DNA from: Pseudomonadota bacterium
GTDB taxonomy: Bacteria; Pseudomonadota; Gammaproteobacteria; JAKAQQ01
DNA length: 64,000 nucleotides
Assembly: GCA_021798115.1 (NCBI GenBank)
Contig: JAJZYM010000008.1
Coordinates: 3,709 to 67,708, forward strand
Direction of reading: 5' to 3'
Below, piece by piece: positions 1 to 9,940 of this stretch; position 1 is the first letter of the stretch, and each line of letters begins with the position of its first letter. The notes under the pieces are model-generated. The model worked only from the letters and a program-made list of their open reading frames with translations. It was not told where the DNA came from and made no database searches. The position numbers and the translations under genes were made by a program.

Positions 1-189
1 GCCCGTCGTCGCCGTGTAGCGGATGCGGTGGCCGTTGATGACGACCACGCCGTGGCTCACGACGGTGCGCGAATGGACGGGCGACGGAGGAGCGGGCGGC
101 ATGGGGCCCGCCAGGGCGGGTCCGAGCGGGAGCGCGAGAAGGCTCGCACCCGCAAAGAGCCCGAAGAGGCGTTGGAGGGGATGAGGCAT
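1..189 (-). CDS. Partial (5'-end only) secreted hypothetical protein; start ATG at 189, continues beyond window start
   Basis: Reverse-strand translation from 189 gives MPHPLQRLFGLFAGASLLALPLGPALAGP... (a signal-peptide-like N-terminus) with no stop before position 1. It is absent from the ORF track because it has no stop in the window. Confidence 0.35.
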   Translation of the reverse strand, partial: MPHPLQRLFGLFAGASLLALPLGPALAGPMPPAPPSPVHSRTVVSHGVVVINGHRIRYTATTG

Positions 190-287
190 GATGGGTCCTC
201 GCAGGAAGGGAAGGGACGGTCGGGCGGTTGGCCCGTTCCTATTAAAGCACAGCCGGGGGACGAAGAGCCCCCCGGCCGGGGACGGGC

Positions 288-2318
288 TTGCAGAGTGCGT
301 CGTTTTCGGGGACGATACGCCCGCGCCCCCGTACGAGACCGCTGATGACGAACCCTGCGACCCCGGTCGTGACGGACGACAGCGAGGGCTGGAGCTCCGC
401 CCTCCCCGATCCCGCGATCCCCCCGAGTGTCGATTTTTACGCACACGCCACCGGCGCCTGGCGGAGGCGACACCCGATCCCCGACGATCGGGCCCGCTGG
501 GGCACCTTCGACGAACTCCACCGCCGCAACCTCGAGCGCATCCTCGCGCTTCTCGAGGAAGCCTCCCGGGCGGGCCCCGAAGCCGAGCCGCTTTTTCGCG
601 CCCTCGGGCGTTTCTACCGCCGCGGACTCGATTGCGAAAAGACCGCGCGGACAGGACTCGAGGCGATCGCGCCCCTCCGCGCGCGGATCCGCGCCCTCGA
701 CTCCACGGCCGCTTCCGCGCCGCTCCTCGCCGCCCTCCACCGCATCGGGGTAGACGCGCTCTTCGTCCTCGGCCCGCAGCCCCACCCCGAAGAGAGCGAG
801 CGGCACATCGCCGTCCTCTGGCAGGCGGGCCTCGGCCTTCCGGACCGCGAACACTACCTCCGGGAAGGCGAGCCCTACACGACGATCCGCACGGCCTACA
901 CCACCTACCTCGCCCGTCTTCTCGCACGCACCGCCACGCCCGCAGCAGAGGACGGGCCGGGGCGGATCCTCACGTTCGAAACCGAGCTCGCCCGTGTGAG
1001 CGCTCCTCTCGAGATCTTGCGGGACCCTCGGCAGACGTTCCACCCGCACGCGCCCGAGGCCCTCGCGGCCCTCTGGTCACCGTGGCCGTGGGATCGCTAC
1101 CTCGCGGAGCGGGCGCTCGGCCCGCTCCCCTCGCCGGTCAACGTCGCCCGCCCCGAGTATCCGGCGGGGCTGGCGCGGCTTCTCGCCGGGACCGACCCCG
1201 CCGTTCTGCGTCTCTATCTCGAAGTCCGTCTTCTCGACACCACCGCTCCTCTCGTCTTCGAGGACCTCGCCGAGGACCGCTTCGCGTACGTGCGTTGTCT
1301 CACCGGCCAACCGCGTCTTCGACGCCGGGCCGAACGCGTGGCCGCCGTGATCGAGGAGACGGCGGGCCACGCCCTCGGCCGCTTCTATTGCGCCCGCCAT
1401 GTCCCCGCGCGCGACAAGGCGCGGATCGAGGCCCTGTTCGAGGCGCTGCGCCGCACGCTCGACGAGCGTCTCGCGCGCCTCGGCTGGCTCTCGCCCGAGG
1501 CGCGGAGCGAAGCGCGCGACAAGCTTGCCGCGATGCGCGCCAAACTGGCTTACCCCGAACGCTGGCGCGACCAGAGTGCGCTCCGCTTCGAGGAGGACGA
1601 CTTCCTCGCGAATGTCCTGGAAGGGCGCATCGAGGACGTCACCTACGAGTGCCACAAGATCGGCCGACCCGTCGATCCTGACGAGTGGCACATGACCCCT
1701 CAGACGGTGAACGCCTACTACAATCCCCCCCAGAACGAAATCGTCTTCCCGGCCGGCATCCTGGACCGTCCGTTTTTCGACCCCGAGGCGCCCGACGCCT
1801 ACAACTACGGCGCGCTCGGCGCCGTGATCGGGCACGAGATGCTCCACGGCTTCGACGACCAGGGACGCAAGTACGACGCGCGCGGGAACCTGCGCGATTG
1901 GTGGGGCGAGGAAGACCACCGGCGTTTCGCCGCACGCACCGAGCCGCTGCGTCAAGCTCTCGCCCGCACGCCCGTGGACGGAGGACTCAGCCTGAAGCCC
2001 GACCTCGTGCTCGGGGAAGCGCTCGCGGACATCGGCGGGCTCGATCTGGCCCACGAGGCCTGGCTCCGCTTCGGCGACCGAAGCGAAGGCCGGGGGCGCT
2101 TCGCGGGCGTCGACCCCGAGCGGCTCTTTTTCTACGCGTTCGCTTTCCTCTGGGCCGGAGACATCCGGCCCGACGCCAGGCGCCTTCAGGTCGACGTCGA
2201 TCCGCATCCGCCGAGCGCGGTACGCGTGAACCTCACGACCGCCAGCCTGACATCGTTCGGCCGAATCTTCGGGACGGGGACCGACGTCCCGCGGTTCACT
2301 CTTTGGTCGGACGCGTGA
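288..2318 (+). CDS. M13 family zinc metallopeptidase (PepO/neprilysin-like endopeptidase)
   Basis: The HEMLHGFD (HExxH), NAYY and GEALADIGG (ExxxD) motifs are present. The protein is 676 aa with no signal peptide, as in cytoplasmic PepO. The start may be the alternative MTNPATP at 345. Confidence 0.85.
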   Translation: MQSASFSGTIRPRPRTRPLMTNPATPVVTDDSEGWSSALPDPAIPPSVDFYAHATGAWRRRHPIPDDRARWGTFDELHRRNLERILALLEEASRAGPEAEPLFRALGRFYRRGLDCEKTARTGLEAIAPLRARIRALDSTAASAPLLAALHRIGVDALFVLGPQPHPEESERHIAVLWQAGLGLPDREHYLREGEPYTTIRTAYTTYLARLLARTATPAAEDGPGRILTFETELARVSAPLEILRDPRQTFHPHAPEALAALWSPWPWDRYLAERALGPLPSPVNVARPEYPAGLARLLAGTDPAVLRLYLEVRLLDTTAPLVFEDLAEDRFAYVRCLTGQPRLRRRAERVAAVIEETAGHALGRFYCARHVPARDKARIEALFEALRRTLDERLARLGWLSPEARSEARDKLAAMRAKLAYPERWRDQSALRFEEDDFLANVLEGRIEDVTYECHKIGRPVDPDEWHMTPQTVNAYYNPPQNEIVFPAGILDRPFFDPEAPDAYNYGALGAVIGHEMLHGFDDQGRKYDARGNLRDWWGEEDHRRFAARTEPLRQALARTPVDGGLSLKPDLVLGEALADIGGLDLAHEAWLRFGDRSEGRGRFAGVDPERLFFYAFAFLWAGDIRPDARRLQVDVDPHPPSAVRVNLTTASLTSFGRIFGTGTDVPRFTLWSDA

Positions 2319-3252
2319 GCCGCCGCGTTCCGCCGGCCGCGCGCGGCGCGGGCCCGTCCTCGTTGGCCACCCCGTGGGGCACGTGTCCCGCCGGCACGTC
2401 GTAGGCTCGGGCGCTCTCGCACCAGCCGGTCTGATCGTCGAAATAGATATCCGCGCCAAAAGCCCGAAGAAACGGTCCTTTGTCGCGCCCGCCCAGAAAC
2501 AGGGATTCGTCGATGCGGATCCCCCAGTCGCGCAAGGTGCGGATGACCCTCTCGTGGGTCGGCGCCGCCCGGGCGGTGATGAGCGCCGTGCGCAGGGGCG
2601 CCCGTTCGGCCGGAAACTCGGATTGAAGGCGTGAGAGAGCGGACAGAAAATTCTTGAAGGGCCCACCGCTCAGGGGTTCACGGGCACGGGCCGCCTCGCT
2701 CGTGTTGAAGCGCTCGAGCCCACCCGAGCGGAATTCGCGCTCGGCTTCGTCCGAGAAAAGAACGGCATCGCCGTCGAAGGCGAGGCGAAGCGGACCTTCG
2801 TCATCCGTCCGCCCCGGAGGCGAGGGAAGAATCGTCGCCGCCGCGACACCTTCCGCGAGCGTGCGCCTCACGTCCTCGCCGTTGGCCGAAAGAAAGAGAT
2901 CGGCGCCGAAGGCCTCGACGTAACGGGCGGTGTTCCCGCCACCCGTGAACGCCGCCCGGCTGATGTCGAGTCCGTAAAGACGAATGGAATTGAACACACG
3001 AAGACCGGTGTCCGCGCTGTTGCGCGAGAGCAGGATCACCTCGACACGCCGCGCCTCCGCCCCCGCGTTGAGGCGAAGGAGCTTGCGCACGAGGATGTAG
3101 CCCCCCCCCGGCGAAAGCGGCTCGTTCTCGCGCGCGATCTGGTAGCGGGCGTAGGCCTCGACCCCCTGCTCGAGGAAGACACGATGGCTCTCCTCGAGAT
3201 CGAAGAGCGCACGGGAGGAGACGGCGACGACGAGTCCGGGGCGGGCGTTCAT
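2296..3252 (-). CDS. Putative 5'-nucleotidase family protein (cN-I-like, HAD-type fold)
   Basis: This 318-aa ORF has the motifs VAVSSRALFDLEE and GADIYFDDQ, which resemble the bacterial 5'-nucleotidase family (PF06189-like). It is convergent with the M13 gene and overlaps its 3' end by 23 nt. Confidence 0.5.
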   Translation of the reverse strand: MNARPGLVVAVSSRALFDLEESHRVFLEQGVEAYARYQIARENEPLSPGGGYILVRKLLRLNAGAEARRVEVILLSRNSADTGLRVFNSIRLYGLDISRAAFTGGGNTARYVEAFGADLFLSANGEDVRRTLAEGVAAATILPSPPGRTDDEGPLRLAFDGDAVLFSDEAEREFRSGGLERFNTSEAARAREPLSGGPFKNFLSALSRLQSEFPAERAPLRTALITARAAPTHERVIRTLRDWGIRIDESLFLGGRDKGPFLRAFGADIYFDDQTGWCESARAYDVPAGHVPHGVANEDGPAPRAAGGTRRLTRPTKE

Positions 3253-3282
3253 CCGCCGATCATAGCACCGGTGTCGCCCGCC

Positions 3283-4374
3283 TCAGGCGAGGGTTGCCAG
3301 ATCGATCACGAAGCGGTAACGGACATCACCGCGGGCGAGCCGTTCGTAGGCGGTGTTGACTTCCGCGATCGCGATCCCCTCGATGTCGGCGGCGAGCCCG
3401 TGACGGGCGCTGAAGTCGAGCATCTCCTGGGTTTCGCGGATCCCGCCGATGAGAGAGCCCACCAGCCGGCGCCGGTTGGTGACGAGCACGTTCGCCGCAA
3501 GGGGCTCGGGCTGCGGAGGAATGCCCACCACCGCCATCGTGCCGTCGCGGCGGAGAAGTTCGAGGTAGGGACCATAGGCATGCGGGGCGGAGACCGTGTC
3601 GAGCACGAGATCGAACCGTCCGGCGTGCTTCGCCAGCGTTCCGGCCTCTTCGGTGACGACGAACTCGTGCGCCCCCATCCGGAGGGCGTCCGCGCGCTTA
3701 CGGGACGAATGACTCAGAACCGTGACCTCGGCGCCGAGGGCGCGGGCGAACTTGACCCCCATGTGCCCGAGGCCCCCAAGCCCGAGGACGGCGACGCGCC
3801 GGCCGGGGGCGGCCCCGAACCGCTTGAGCGGCGAGTAGGTCGTGATCCCGGCACAGAGAAGAGGAGCGGCCGCGTCCGGGGCCAACCCCTCGGGAATCCG
3901 CAGGACGTAGTGTTCGTCGACGACGATCCGCTTCGAATAGCCGCCCAGGGTTGGCTTGTTCGTTCCCCGCTCGGTCCCGTTGTAGGTGAACACCGCCCCC
4001 TCGAGGCAGAACTGCTCCTCCCCGTCGCGGCAGGACTCGCAGGTCCGGCAGGAATCGACGAAGCAACCGATCCCCACACGCTCCCCCACCCGCCAGGACG
4101 TGACCCCGGAGCCGAGAGCGCTCACCCGACCCACGATTTCGTGCCCCGGGACCATGGGGTAACGGCTGCGACCCCACTCGTTCCGCACGAGATGGAGATC
4201 GGTGTGGCAGATTCCGCAGTGGTCGATGTCAATCACGACATCGTGCGACCCGGGATCGCGGCGTTCGATCGTGAACGGGGCGAGGGGGCTCGTGGCGGAG
4301 GAGGCGGCGTAGGCGGAAACGGCAGCAGGCACGAGAAACCTCCCGTGATGGTCCTGACGGATCGGGCCCACCAT
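3283..4374 (-). CDS. Zn-dependent NAD(P)-alcohol dehydrogenase, cinnamyl-alcohol dehydrogenase family (YahK-like)
   Basis: Motifs GICHTDLH, GHEIVGRV and GLGGLGHMGVKFA are present. It aligns closely by eye along its length with E. coli YahK. The start may lie internal to the listed ORF. Confidence 0.85.
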   Translation of the reverse strand: MVGPIRQDHHGRFLVPAAVSAYAASSATSPLAPFTIERRDPGSHDVVIDIDHCGICHTDLHLVRNEWGRSRYPMVPGHEIVGRVSALGSGVTSWRVGERVGIGCFVDSCRTCESCRDGEEQFCLEGAVFTYNGTERGTNKPTLGGYSKRIVVDEHYVLRIPEGLAPDAAAPLLCAGITTYSPLKRFGAAPGRRVAVLGLGGLGHMGVKFARALGAEVTVLSHSSRKRADALRMGAHEFVVTEEAGTLAKHAGRFDLVLDTVSAPHAYGPYLELLRRDGTMAVVGIPPQPEPLAANVLVTNRRRLVGSLIGGIRETQEMLDFSARHGLAADIEGIAIAEVNTAYERLARGDVRYRFVIDLATLA

Positions 4375-4404
4375 GATAAGCCACGCTCCCTCGCCGGCAG
4401 GATC

Positions 4405-5278
4405 TCAGAACTCGAAACCGCCTCCGAACCCCACGTAGTTGTCGAAGCCCAGCGTCCCACTGATGCGGTGGCCGATCTCGACATCGAGTTCAAAGTGCGG
4501 GAGCGGGAGATACTGAAAGCCGCCGTCCCACGCAAAGCCCTCGCCCGCCCCGGGCGCCGTCTCGGTTTCACCGAAGATCTCCCCGTAGAACTGGTAGCGG
4601 TTGTCCCAGGCGTACGTGAGATCGCCGATCGGATTGAAGCTCGTATAGCGCTCTCCGCCTGCGGCCGTCGGGAGGGTCTCCGAGCTCACACCGAGCTGGA
4701 GTTCGGCACCAAAACCGTGGGGCAGGCTGTAGCTCAGGATGGCGTTCGTCGCATACCCGGTCCCGGCGCTTCCGTATTCGGAACTTCCCGAGGGGAGCGT
4801 CACCACCTCCTCGGCCGCGATCTGCCAGAGCTCGTTGTCGACGAGCATGTGCCGCAAGCCCACGGTCGTCGCGCTGCTCCCGCCCGACGTGATCCCGGGG
4901 GACAGGCCCACCGTCTGTCGGTTGTAGTTGGGTGGGAGAACGAAGATCTCGGTACGGTCCGGGAGTCCGAAACTGAACTCAAACTCGGGGTAATTGACGC
5001 TCCGTCCTCCCGGGATCTCGTAGAGGTTGAGCCGCTGCCAGCCCCCTTCCACCATCACGCGCCCCGGCGCCACCGTGCAGCTCGAATCCGAGACCGTCGG
5101 CCGGTTGAGAAGCGCCAGGAGCGAACCCGGGCCCCGACAGGGATTGCCGGAAGGCCCCGTGAAGACACCGAAGAGTCCGTCGTCCGCCCGGGCGCAAGGG
5201 CTCGCCAGGGCGAGGGCGAGAAGAACCACGGCGAGAGGGGCGAGAGGACGGAAGACCGAAGTTCTCCTCGTCGGCACG
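4405..5278 (-). CDS. Outer-membrane beta-barrel protein (MetA-pathway/transporter-like OMP), probable GTG start after trimming the ORF
   Basis: A signal peptide (RRTSVFRPLAPLAVVLLALALASPCARA) is present, and the C-terminus ends in aromatic ...GFGGGFEF, typical of an OMP beta-barrel terminus. The long N-terminal extension of the 377-aa ORF is probably not translated. Confidence 0.55.
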
Positions 5279-5838
5279 GGAAGACGTGGACGGATCCTCC
5301 TGCCGGGGAGAACGAAACGAATGAGGGAGCGCTCGGACAAGGATGGGGGCACGGGTCGGACCTCGCTGAAGTTCGAGGGAGGTGGCCGGAAAACCACCGT
5401 CCGCGTGTCGACTCGATCGCAGGCCGCCCGAAAGGACTCCGGGCCGCTCCCACGGCGCACCACCCGCCTGACCCACGAAACAGGAAAGGCTCCCGGGCCA
5501 CGGGGCCTTGCCCTCACAGCGGCGGACCGCACCGCCACACCCCAGAGATTCAGCTGCCGAAGGTTTGCTCCGTCTCCGGGGGCGGGGTGCTACTGCAGAG
5601 ATCGTCCACGGGGCGGGGGCCCTCAGGCACCAAACTTGGACTTAGTCTACATCCGAGCCGACTTGCCCGTCAACGCGGACTCGGGTGAGGCCGTCCCGGG
5701 ATCCCTTCGTCCGCAGACCGCACCAAGCTCGAAGAGCGTGATCCCGGACGCGAATGCTCTGCCCTCATCCTCCGACGACGGACCCTCCCGACGACGGTGA
5801 GGAGGAGAGTGAGGAGCCCATGGCACCCTGGCCTCCCT

Positions 5839-7797
5839 TCAGGAAGATGAACGAGGAAGTGCGCCGAGATGACGGTGGAGGAAGCCCAGAATGGCGTGGA
5901 GCGCTTTCGTCCACCGCTCCCCCCGGCGCGACCCGTGTACGGGAACGGGGTGATAATGGATCTTGCCCGCAACCTTCTGATGAAGCTGCCTGAGAAGACT
6001 CAGGCTTGAGGCATCGGGCCGTCGCCGTTTCGTGAAGCGCACGAGGAGGACCGGTGCCGATCGACGCGGAGGGCTCGCCGTGGGGTTTCCGCCCGCAGCC
6101 GAAGAAACCGCGGGGCGAGCGGGATCGAGCCGTCCGGCATCGGGATCGACGATCACGACGCCGGCAAAAAGAGCGGGATCGCGCGCGGCGGCCATGAGGG
6201 CAGCGTCCGCACCCAATCCCTCCCCGAGCGCCACGACACGACCCGCACGCGCAAGCCGGTGGGCTTGCGCCCAACGCACGGCGGTCACGAGATCGGCGGG
6301 GACGACGGTCCGCCAGCCACGGACACCGGCGGCTTCGTAGACGGCGCCGTAACCTCCAGAGCCGTGGTAGTTGACCGCAAGCACCGAGTACCCCGCGCGG
6401 GCCAACGCCTGGACGAGAGGATCATAGAACCAGACGAAACGCCGCCCGAAGGGACCTTTGTGCGCCACGACCACGAGGGCGCCGGGAACCCTCTTCGCAG
6501 GACGGGCGAGGTAAGCGTAAAGAGCCGCTTTCCCCTCGGGGATCCGGAGCGCCTTGAGCGGAACCATCGTGCTTTCGTGCAGCACAGGGTGGCGGGCCAT
6601 GAGGAACGTGAGACTTGGTGTCGGACGCCGCGCGTAGAGGTAGTAACGCCCGGGATTGCGGTCCCCCAGAGTCTCGAGGAGGAGAATCCTCCCGTGCGGG
6701 CCCATCCCAAGCACCCGCACCACTTCCCCCTGAAGCTCGTGCCCGAGCCCGCGCAGTAGCCGCACGAGAGGATCGCGGGGATGGATCCAGTAGGTGCGAG
6801 GGCGACCGCGCATGAAGTTCACACCGATCAGCCGTCGGCGGTGACGGCCCCAGATGAGGGACGGCCAGCGCTTTCGCTGGGGGCGATAGACATCGATCGC
6901 GGGATTCGCCACGAGCAGGGTCCGCCGGAAGTGGGTCAGCCCGAAGCGGTAGAGACCGAGTGTCCGTGCCGGTGTCGGCGTGAGTGCGAGAAGATACACT
7001 CCACGGCCGTGCGGGCCCAAGGTGAGAAAGTGATCGTAGCGGCGGAGGTCGCGCGGCCGGAACCGACCCGTCACGGCCGTCCACGACGCACAGTGGCCAC
7101 GACCCACGAGCACGGTGGGGACCGGCTTCTGGAGTCCCGTGACGGCGGCCACCCGCGGCCACCCGCGGGTGTCGACGAGAACCTGCGCCCCGGCGAGCGG
7201 CACGCGGCAAAACTGCGAGAGGCGTCCCCCCGCGAGATCGTAACGATAGAGGATGGGATCGGCGCTCGGCGCGGATCTCCAGAGAAGGACGGGGCCCGAG
7301 GAGCGGACGGCGACGACGGAGACGCGGGCCTTTGGCCCGTTGCCGGAACCGGCAAAAATGTGAAGGGAACGGTACGCGTGTTTGCTCAGGCGGTCGTCGA
7401 GGAGTCCGAACGCGAGCCTCCCCGTCGGCCGCGGGCTTCGGGTGATCACGAAGAGAAGGTGCGGCGACACCCAGCGCAGTGCAAGAATGTGCACACCCCT
7501 CGGGAAGCGTTCGCTTGCCTTGAGCAGCATCCTTCCGTGGGAGAGGAGCGTGCCGAGAGCGAGGACCTCGACGATTCGCCGCCTGTGGTGGCGGCTGGGG
7601 ACGACGAAGGCCAGGGCGTGGGCGCGGGGCGAGAGCTCGGGTTTTCGGAAAACCGGGCGGGCAAAAAGCGCACGCAGGTGGGGAAGAGACGACTCCAGGG
7701 GCGAGGGGGTCGAGCCCCACGCGGGAAGAGCGGTCTGCCCAAGGAAAAAGAGAGCACCCGCCGCGGCGAGTCCCACACAAGCTTTGCGTCGCGTCAT
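5839..7797 (-). CDS. S9 (prolyl oligopeptidase/acylaminoacyl peptidase) family alpha/beta-hydrolase homolog with N-terminal beta-propeller region and signal peptide; catalytic Ser apparently substituted
   Basis: The signal peptide is MTRRKACVGLAAAGALFFLGQTALPAWG. The S9 landmark VNYHGSGGYG is present, but the expected nucleophile motif GGSYGG reads GEGLGA (around 6211-6225). The start was trimmed to MTRRKA. Confidence 0.75.
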   Translation of the reverse strand: MTRRKACVGLAAAGALFFLGQTALPAWGSTPSPLESSLPHLRALFARPVFRKPELSPRAHALAFVVPSRHHRRRIVEVLALGTLLSHGRMLLKASERFPRGVHILALRWVSPHLLFVITRSPRPTGRLAFGLLDDRLSKHAYRSLHIFAGSGNGPKARVSVVAVRSSGPVLLWRSAPSADPILYRYDLAGGRLSQFCRVPLAGAQVLVDTRGWPRVAAVTGLQKPVPTVLVGRGHCASWTAVTGRFRPRDLRRYDHFLTLGPHGRGVYLLALTPTPARTLGLYRFGLTHFRRTLLVANPAIDVYRPQRKRWPSLIWGRHRRRLIGVNFMRGRPRTYWIHPRDPLVRLLRGLGHELQGEVVRVLGMGPHGRILLLETLGDRNPGRYYLYARRPTPSLTFLMARHPVLHESTMVPLKALRIPEGKAALYAYLARPAKRVPGALVVVAHKGPFGRRFVWFYDPLVQALARAGYSVLAVNYHGSGGYGAVYEAAGVRGWRTVVPADLVTAVRWAQAHRLARAGRVVALGEGLGADAALMAAARDPALFAGVVIVDPDAGRLDPARPAVSSAAGGNPTASPPRRSAPVLLVRFTKRRRPDASSLSLLRQLHQKVAGKIHYHPVPVHGSRRGERWTKALHAILGFLHRHLGALPRSSS

Positions 7798-8156
7798 GGC
7801 CGCCGCATCGTCCAATCCCCGAATCTTGATCGCCGCCTCCCCTGGCCTCAAGCACGGGCGCACGACGGGAACGACAGGGTCATGCTACCACATCACTGCG
7901 GGGAGCCGAGCGTTTCGTCTCCCCCTCGTCTTGAGCCCGAACATTTGCGGTGTGCCGCGGAGAGACGAGCACAAACCCCCGCGCATCCACCCGGGAAGAC
8001 ATCCCCGCGGGAAGTTCTCGCGCGCGCGACCCCCCAGTCCGTGCCGAAGCGTGACCTCTCGCGCCCCTCCGCTCACCTCTCGCCCTTGAAACAGCGTGAC
8101 CACGCCACCATCGTGGACCCACCTGACTTCTCTCTTCTCCCCAGGGGGCCATGCCG

Positions 8157-8774
8157 ATGAAGCTTTACTACAGTCCCGGAGCGTGCTCGTTGTCTCCTCA
8201 CATCGTGCTCAACGAGGCGCACCTTCCTTACGAACTCGTGCGCGTCGATCTCAAGACCAAAAAGATGGAGGACGGAGAAGATTTCCTCCGCGTCAATCCC
8301 AAGGGGTACGTTCCCGTCCTCGGGCTGGACGACGGGGCGACCCTCACCGAAGGGCCGGCGATCGTGCAGTATCTGGCCGACCTTCGGCCCGAGACCCGTC
8401 TCGCGCCACCTGCGGGAACCCTGGAGCGATACCGACTGCAGGAGTGGCTCAACTTCATCTCGACCGAGATCCACAAGCAGTTCAGCCCCCTCTTCAATCC
8501 CCAAACGCCCGAACCGATGCGTGAAGCCCAGAAGCAGCGCCTCGGCGGCCGCTTTGATTTCGTCGTCTCAAGTCTCGAGGGGCACGATTTCCTGATGCCT
8601 CAAGGGTTCACCGTGGCCGACGCTTACCTCTACACGGTCCTCACCTGGAGCCCGAGCGTGGGTCTCAGTCTGGATCCCTGGCCCAAGCTCCGGTCCTACA
8701 TGGAGCGGGTCCAAAAACGGCCGGGGGTCTCCGCAGCCCTGGCGAAAGAGAGGGAGGCCAAGAAGGCGGGTTGA
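8157..8774 (+). CDS. gstA: Glutathione S-transferase (beta class, GstA-like)
   Basis: MKLYYSPGACSL...NPKGYVPVL...IVQYLAD is near-colinear with E. coli GstA over the full ~205 aa. Confidence 0.85.
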   Translation: MKLYYSPGACSLSPHIVLNEAHLPYELVRVDLKTKKMEDGEDFLRVNPKGYVPVLGLDDGATLTEGPAIVQYLADLRPETRLAPPAGTLERYRLQEWLNFISTEIHKQFSPLFNPQTPEPMREAQKQRLGGRFDFVVSSLEGHDFLMPQGFTVADAYLYTVLTWSPSVGLSLDPWPKLRSYMERVQKRPGVSAALAKEREAKKAG

Positions 8775-8834
8775 CCGAGACACCCCTCCCCCGTCAGCGA
8801 CGCGGGTGTTATACAATCTCGGGGCGCACCCGGA

Positions 8835-8910
8835 GCGGGAATAGCTCAGTTGGTAGAGCGCAACCTTGCCAAGGTTGAGGTCGCGAGTTCGAGCCTCGTT
8901 TCCCGCTCCA
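8835..8910 (+). tRNA. tRNA-Gly (anticodon GCC)
   Basis: GCGGGAATAGCTCAGTTGGTAGAGC...anticodon loop TTGCCAA...GGTCGCGAGTTCGAGCCTCGTTTCCCGCTCCA. The cloverleaf is folded by eye and closely resembles E. coli glyW. Confidence 0.9.
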
Positions 8911-8960
8911 TTTCGTCTCCCTCCGTCCTCGGCGATGGAAAGGGGTGGGGGTCGCTCTTG

Positions 8961-9034
8961 GGCCAGGTGGCAGAATGGTCATGCAGCGGCCTGCAAAGCC
9001 GTTTACGCCGGTTCGATTCCGACCCTGGCCTCCA
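8961..9034 (+). tRNA. tRNA-Cys (anticodon GCA)
   Basis: GGCCAGGTGGCAGAATGGTCATGCAGCGGCCTGCAAAGCC...GGTTCGATTCCGACCCTGGCCTCCA. The anticodon loop is CTGCAAA. Confidence 0.9.
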
Positions 9035-9274
9035 CGAGAGTTCATGATCCCAACATCGCCGGGTCGTGATCCGACGTCGGCGGGCGCGGGTTTTTCCACT
9101 GACGGCATCCCTGAGATCGCTCCGACGATCCGCAAGGTCATCGCCGATCAGGGCTTTGGCAGAACCATCGATCCTGATCCGTTCCCCGGCTTCACGGATG
9201 AGAGGGGAAGACGGCGCAAGCTTGGGGCTTGAAACCGCCTCTGCCCGTACGACGTATCAGGAGCATCGTCCTGA

Positions 9275-9874
9275 TTGCACCGATGGGAGACCCTGATGAC
9301 ACGGCTTCGTCCCGGCATCCCCGCCCCCGGCTTCAGCGGGGTCGAGATCGGAGGGCAAACACTCCGCCTCGACGATTTCGAAGGTCGCCCGCTCCTTCTC
9401 TCGTTCTTCCGTGAGGCGGGCTGTCCGTTTTGCAACATCAGGGTTTACGAACTCACCCAGCACTACGGGCGTTTTCGCGAACAGGGGCTCTCGATTCTCG
9501 CGGTTTTCAGCTCTCCGCCGGATGAGATCCGTCACTACGTCGCTCAACGTCCGCGACCCTTCGTGATGCTGACCGACCCCGAGCAGGAACTCTATCGACT
9601 CTACGGCGTCGAGCACTCGGCCCCCAAGATGTGGTGGGGCGTCGTTCGTCATTTCGGACGGATGATCCGTGGTTTGGGAGTGGCCCCGGTCAAGGCTTCA
9701 CGAGACGCCACGCTCGTCCCGGCGGACTTTCTCATCGACGAGACCGGCGTCATTCGCGACGTCCACTACGGACGTGATATCGGGGATCACATTCCGATCG
9801 AACGCATCCAGACGTTCCTCGATCCCCGGGTTCTGCCCCTCAAAGGCCGATACGCCCAGAGTTCGGGGCTCTGA
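9275..9874 (+). CDS. Thioredoxin-fold redoxin / AhpC-TSA family peroxiredoxin-like protein
   Basis: A CPFC redox motif (FREAGCPFCN) lies in a thioredoxin-like context. The start may be MTRLRPG at 9296. Confidence 0.6.
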   Translation: MHRWETLMTRLRPGIPAPGFSGVEIGGQTLRLDDFEGRPLLLSFFREAGCPFCNIRVYELTQHYGRFREQGLSILAVFSSPPDEIRHYVAQRPRPFVMLTDPEQELYRLYGVEHSAPKMWWGVVRHFGRMIRGLGVAPVKASRDATLVPADFLIDETGVIRDVHYGRDIGDHIPIERIQTFLDPRVLPLKGRYAQSSGL

Positions 9875-9940
9875 AGAGGGGGGGAAAGGCGGGAAGCGGA
9901 GAGCTCACCGCCCACCGCTTCCCCCCCATCTCTGATTCCT

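Noticed and set aside
2296-2318. 23-nt convergent overlap of the M13 peptidase and 5'-nucleotidase-like genes as a regulatory feature
   Set aside because: Short 3' overlaps of convergent genes are common in compact high-GC genomes. The exact stop of the nucleotidase-like ORF depends on an uncertain C-terminus.
3184-5688. 834-aa ORF on the + strand overlapping the alcohol dehydrogenase and OMP genes
   Set aside because: It lies antisense to two well-supported genes. Its composition is Arg/Gly/Pro-rich and low-complexity, which is typical of spurious long ORFs in 70% GC DNA. It carries no family motifs.
8771-8834. Candidate sigma70 promoter for the tRNA-Gly/Cys cluster (TTGACC at 8772-8777, TATACA at 8810-8815)
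   Set aside because: The spacing between the hexamers is about 32 bp, far from the 17-bp optimum. Promoters in high-GC organisms are poorly predicted by eye, so this was not called as a feature.
9035-9090. Possible intrinsic terminator after tRNA-Cys (palindrome ccgacgtcgg followed by gcgggcgcgggttttt)
   Set aside because: The palindrome has no loop and the G/C run does not form a clean stem. Only the T5 tract is suggestive. The evidence is insufficient.
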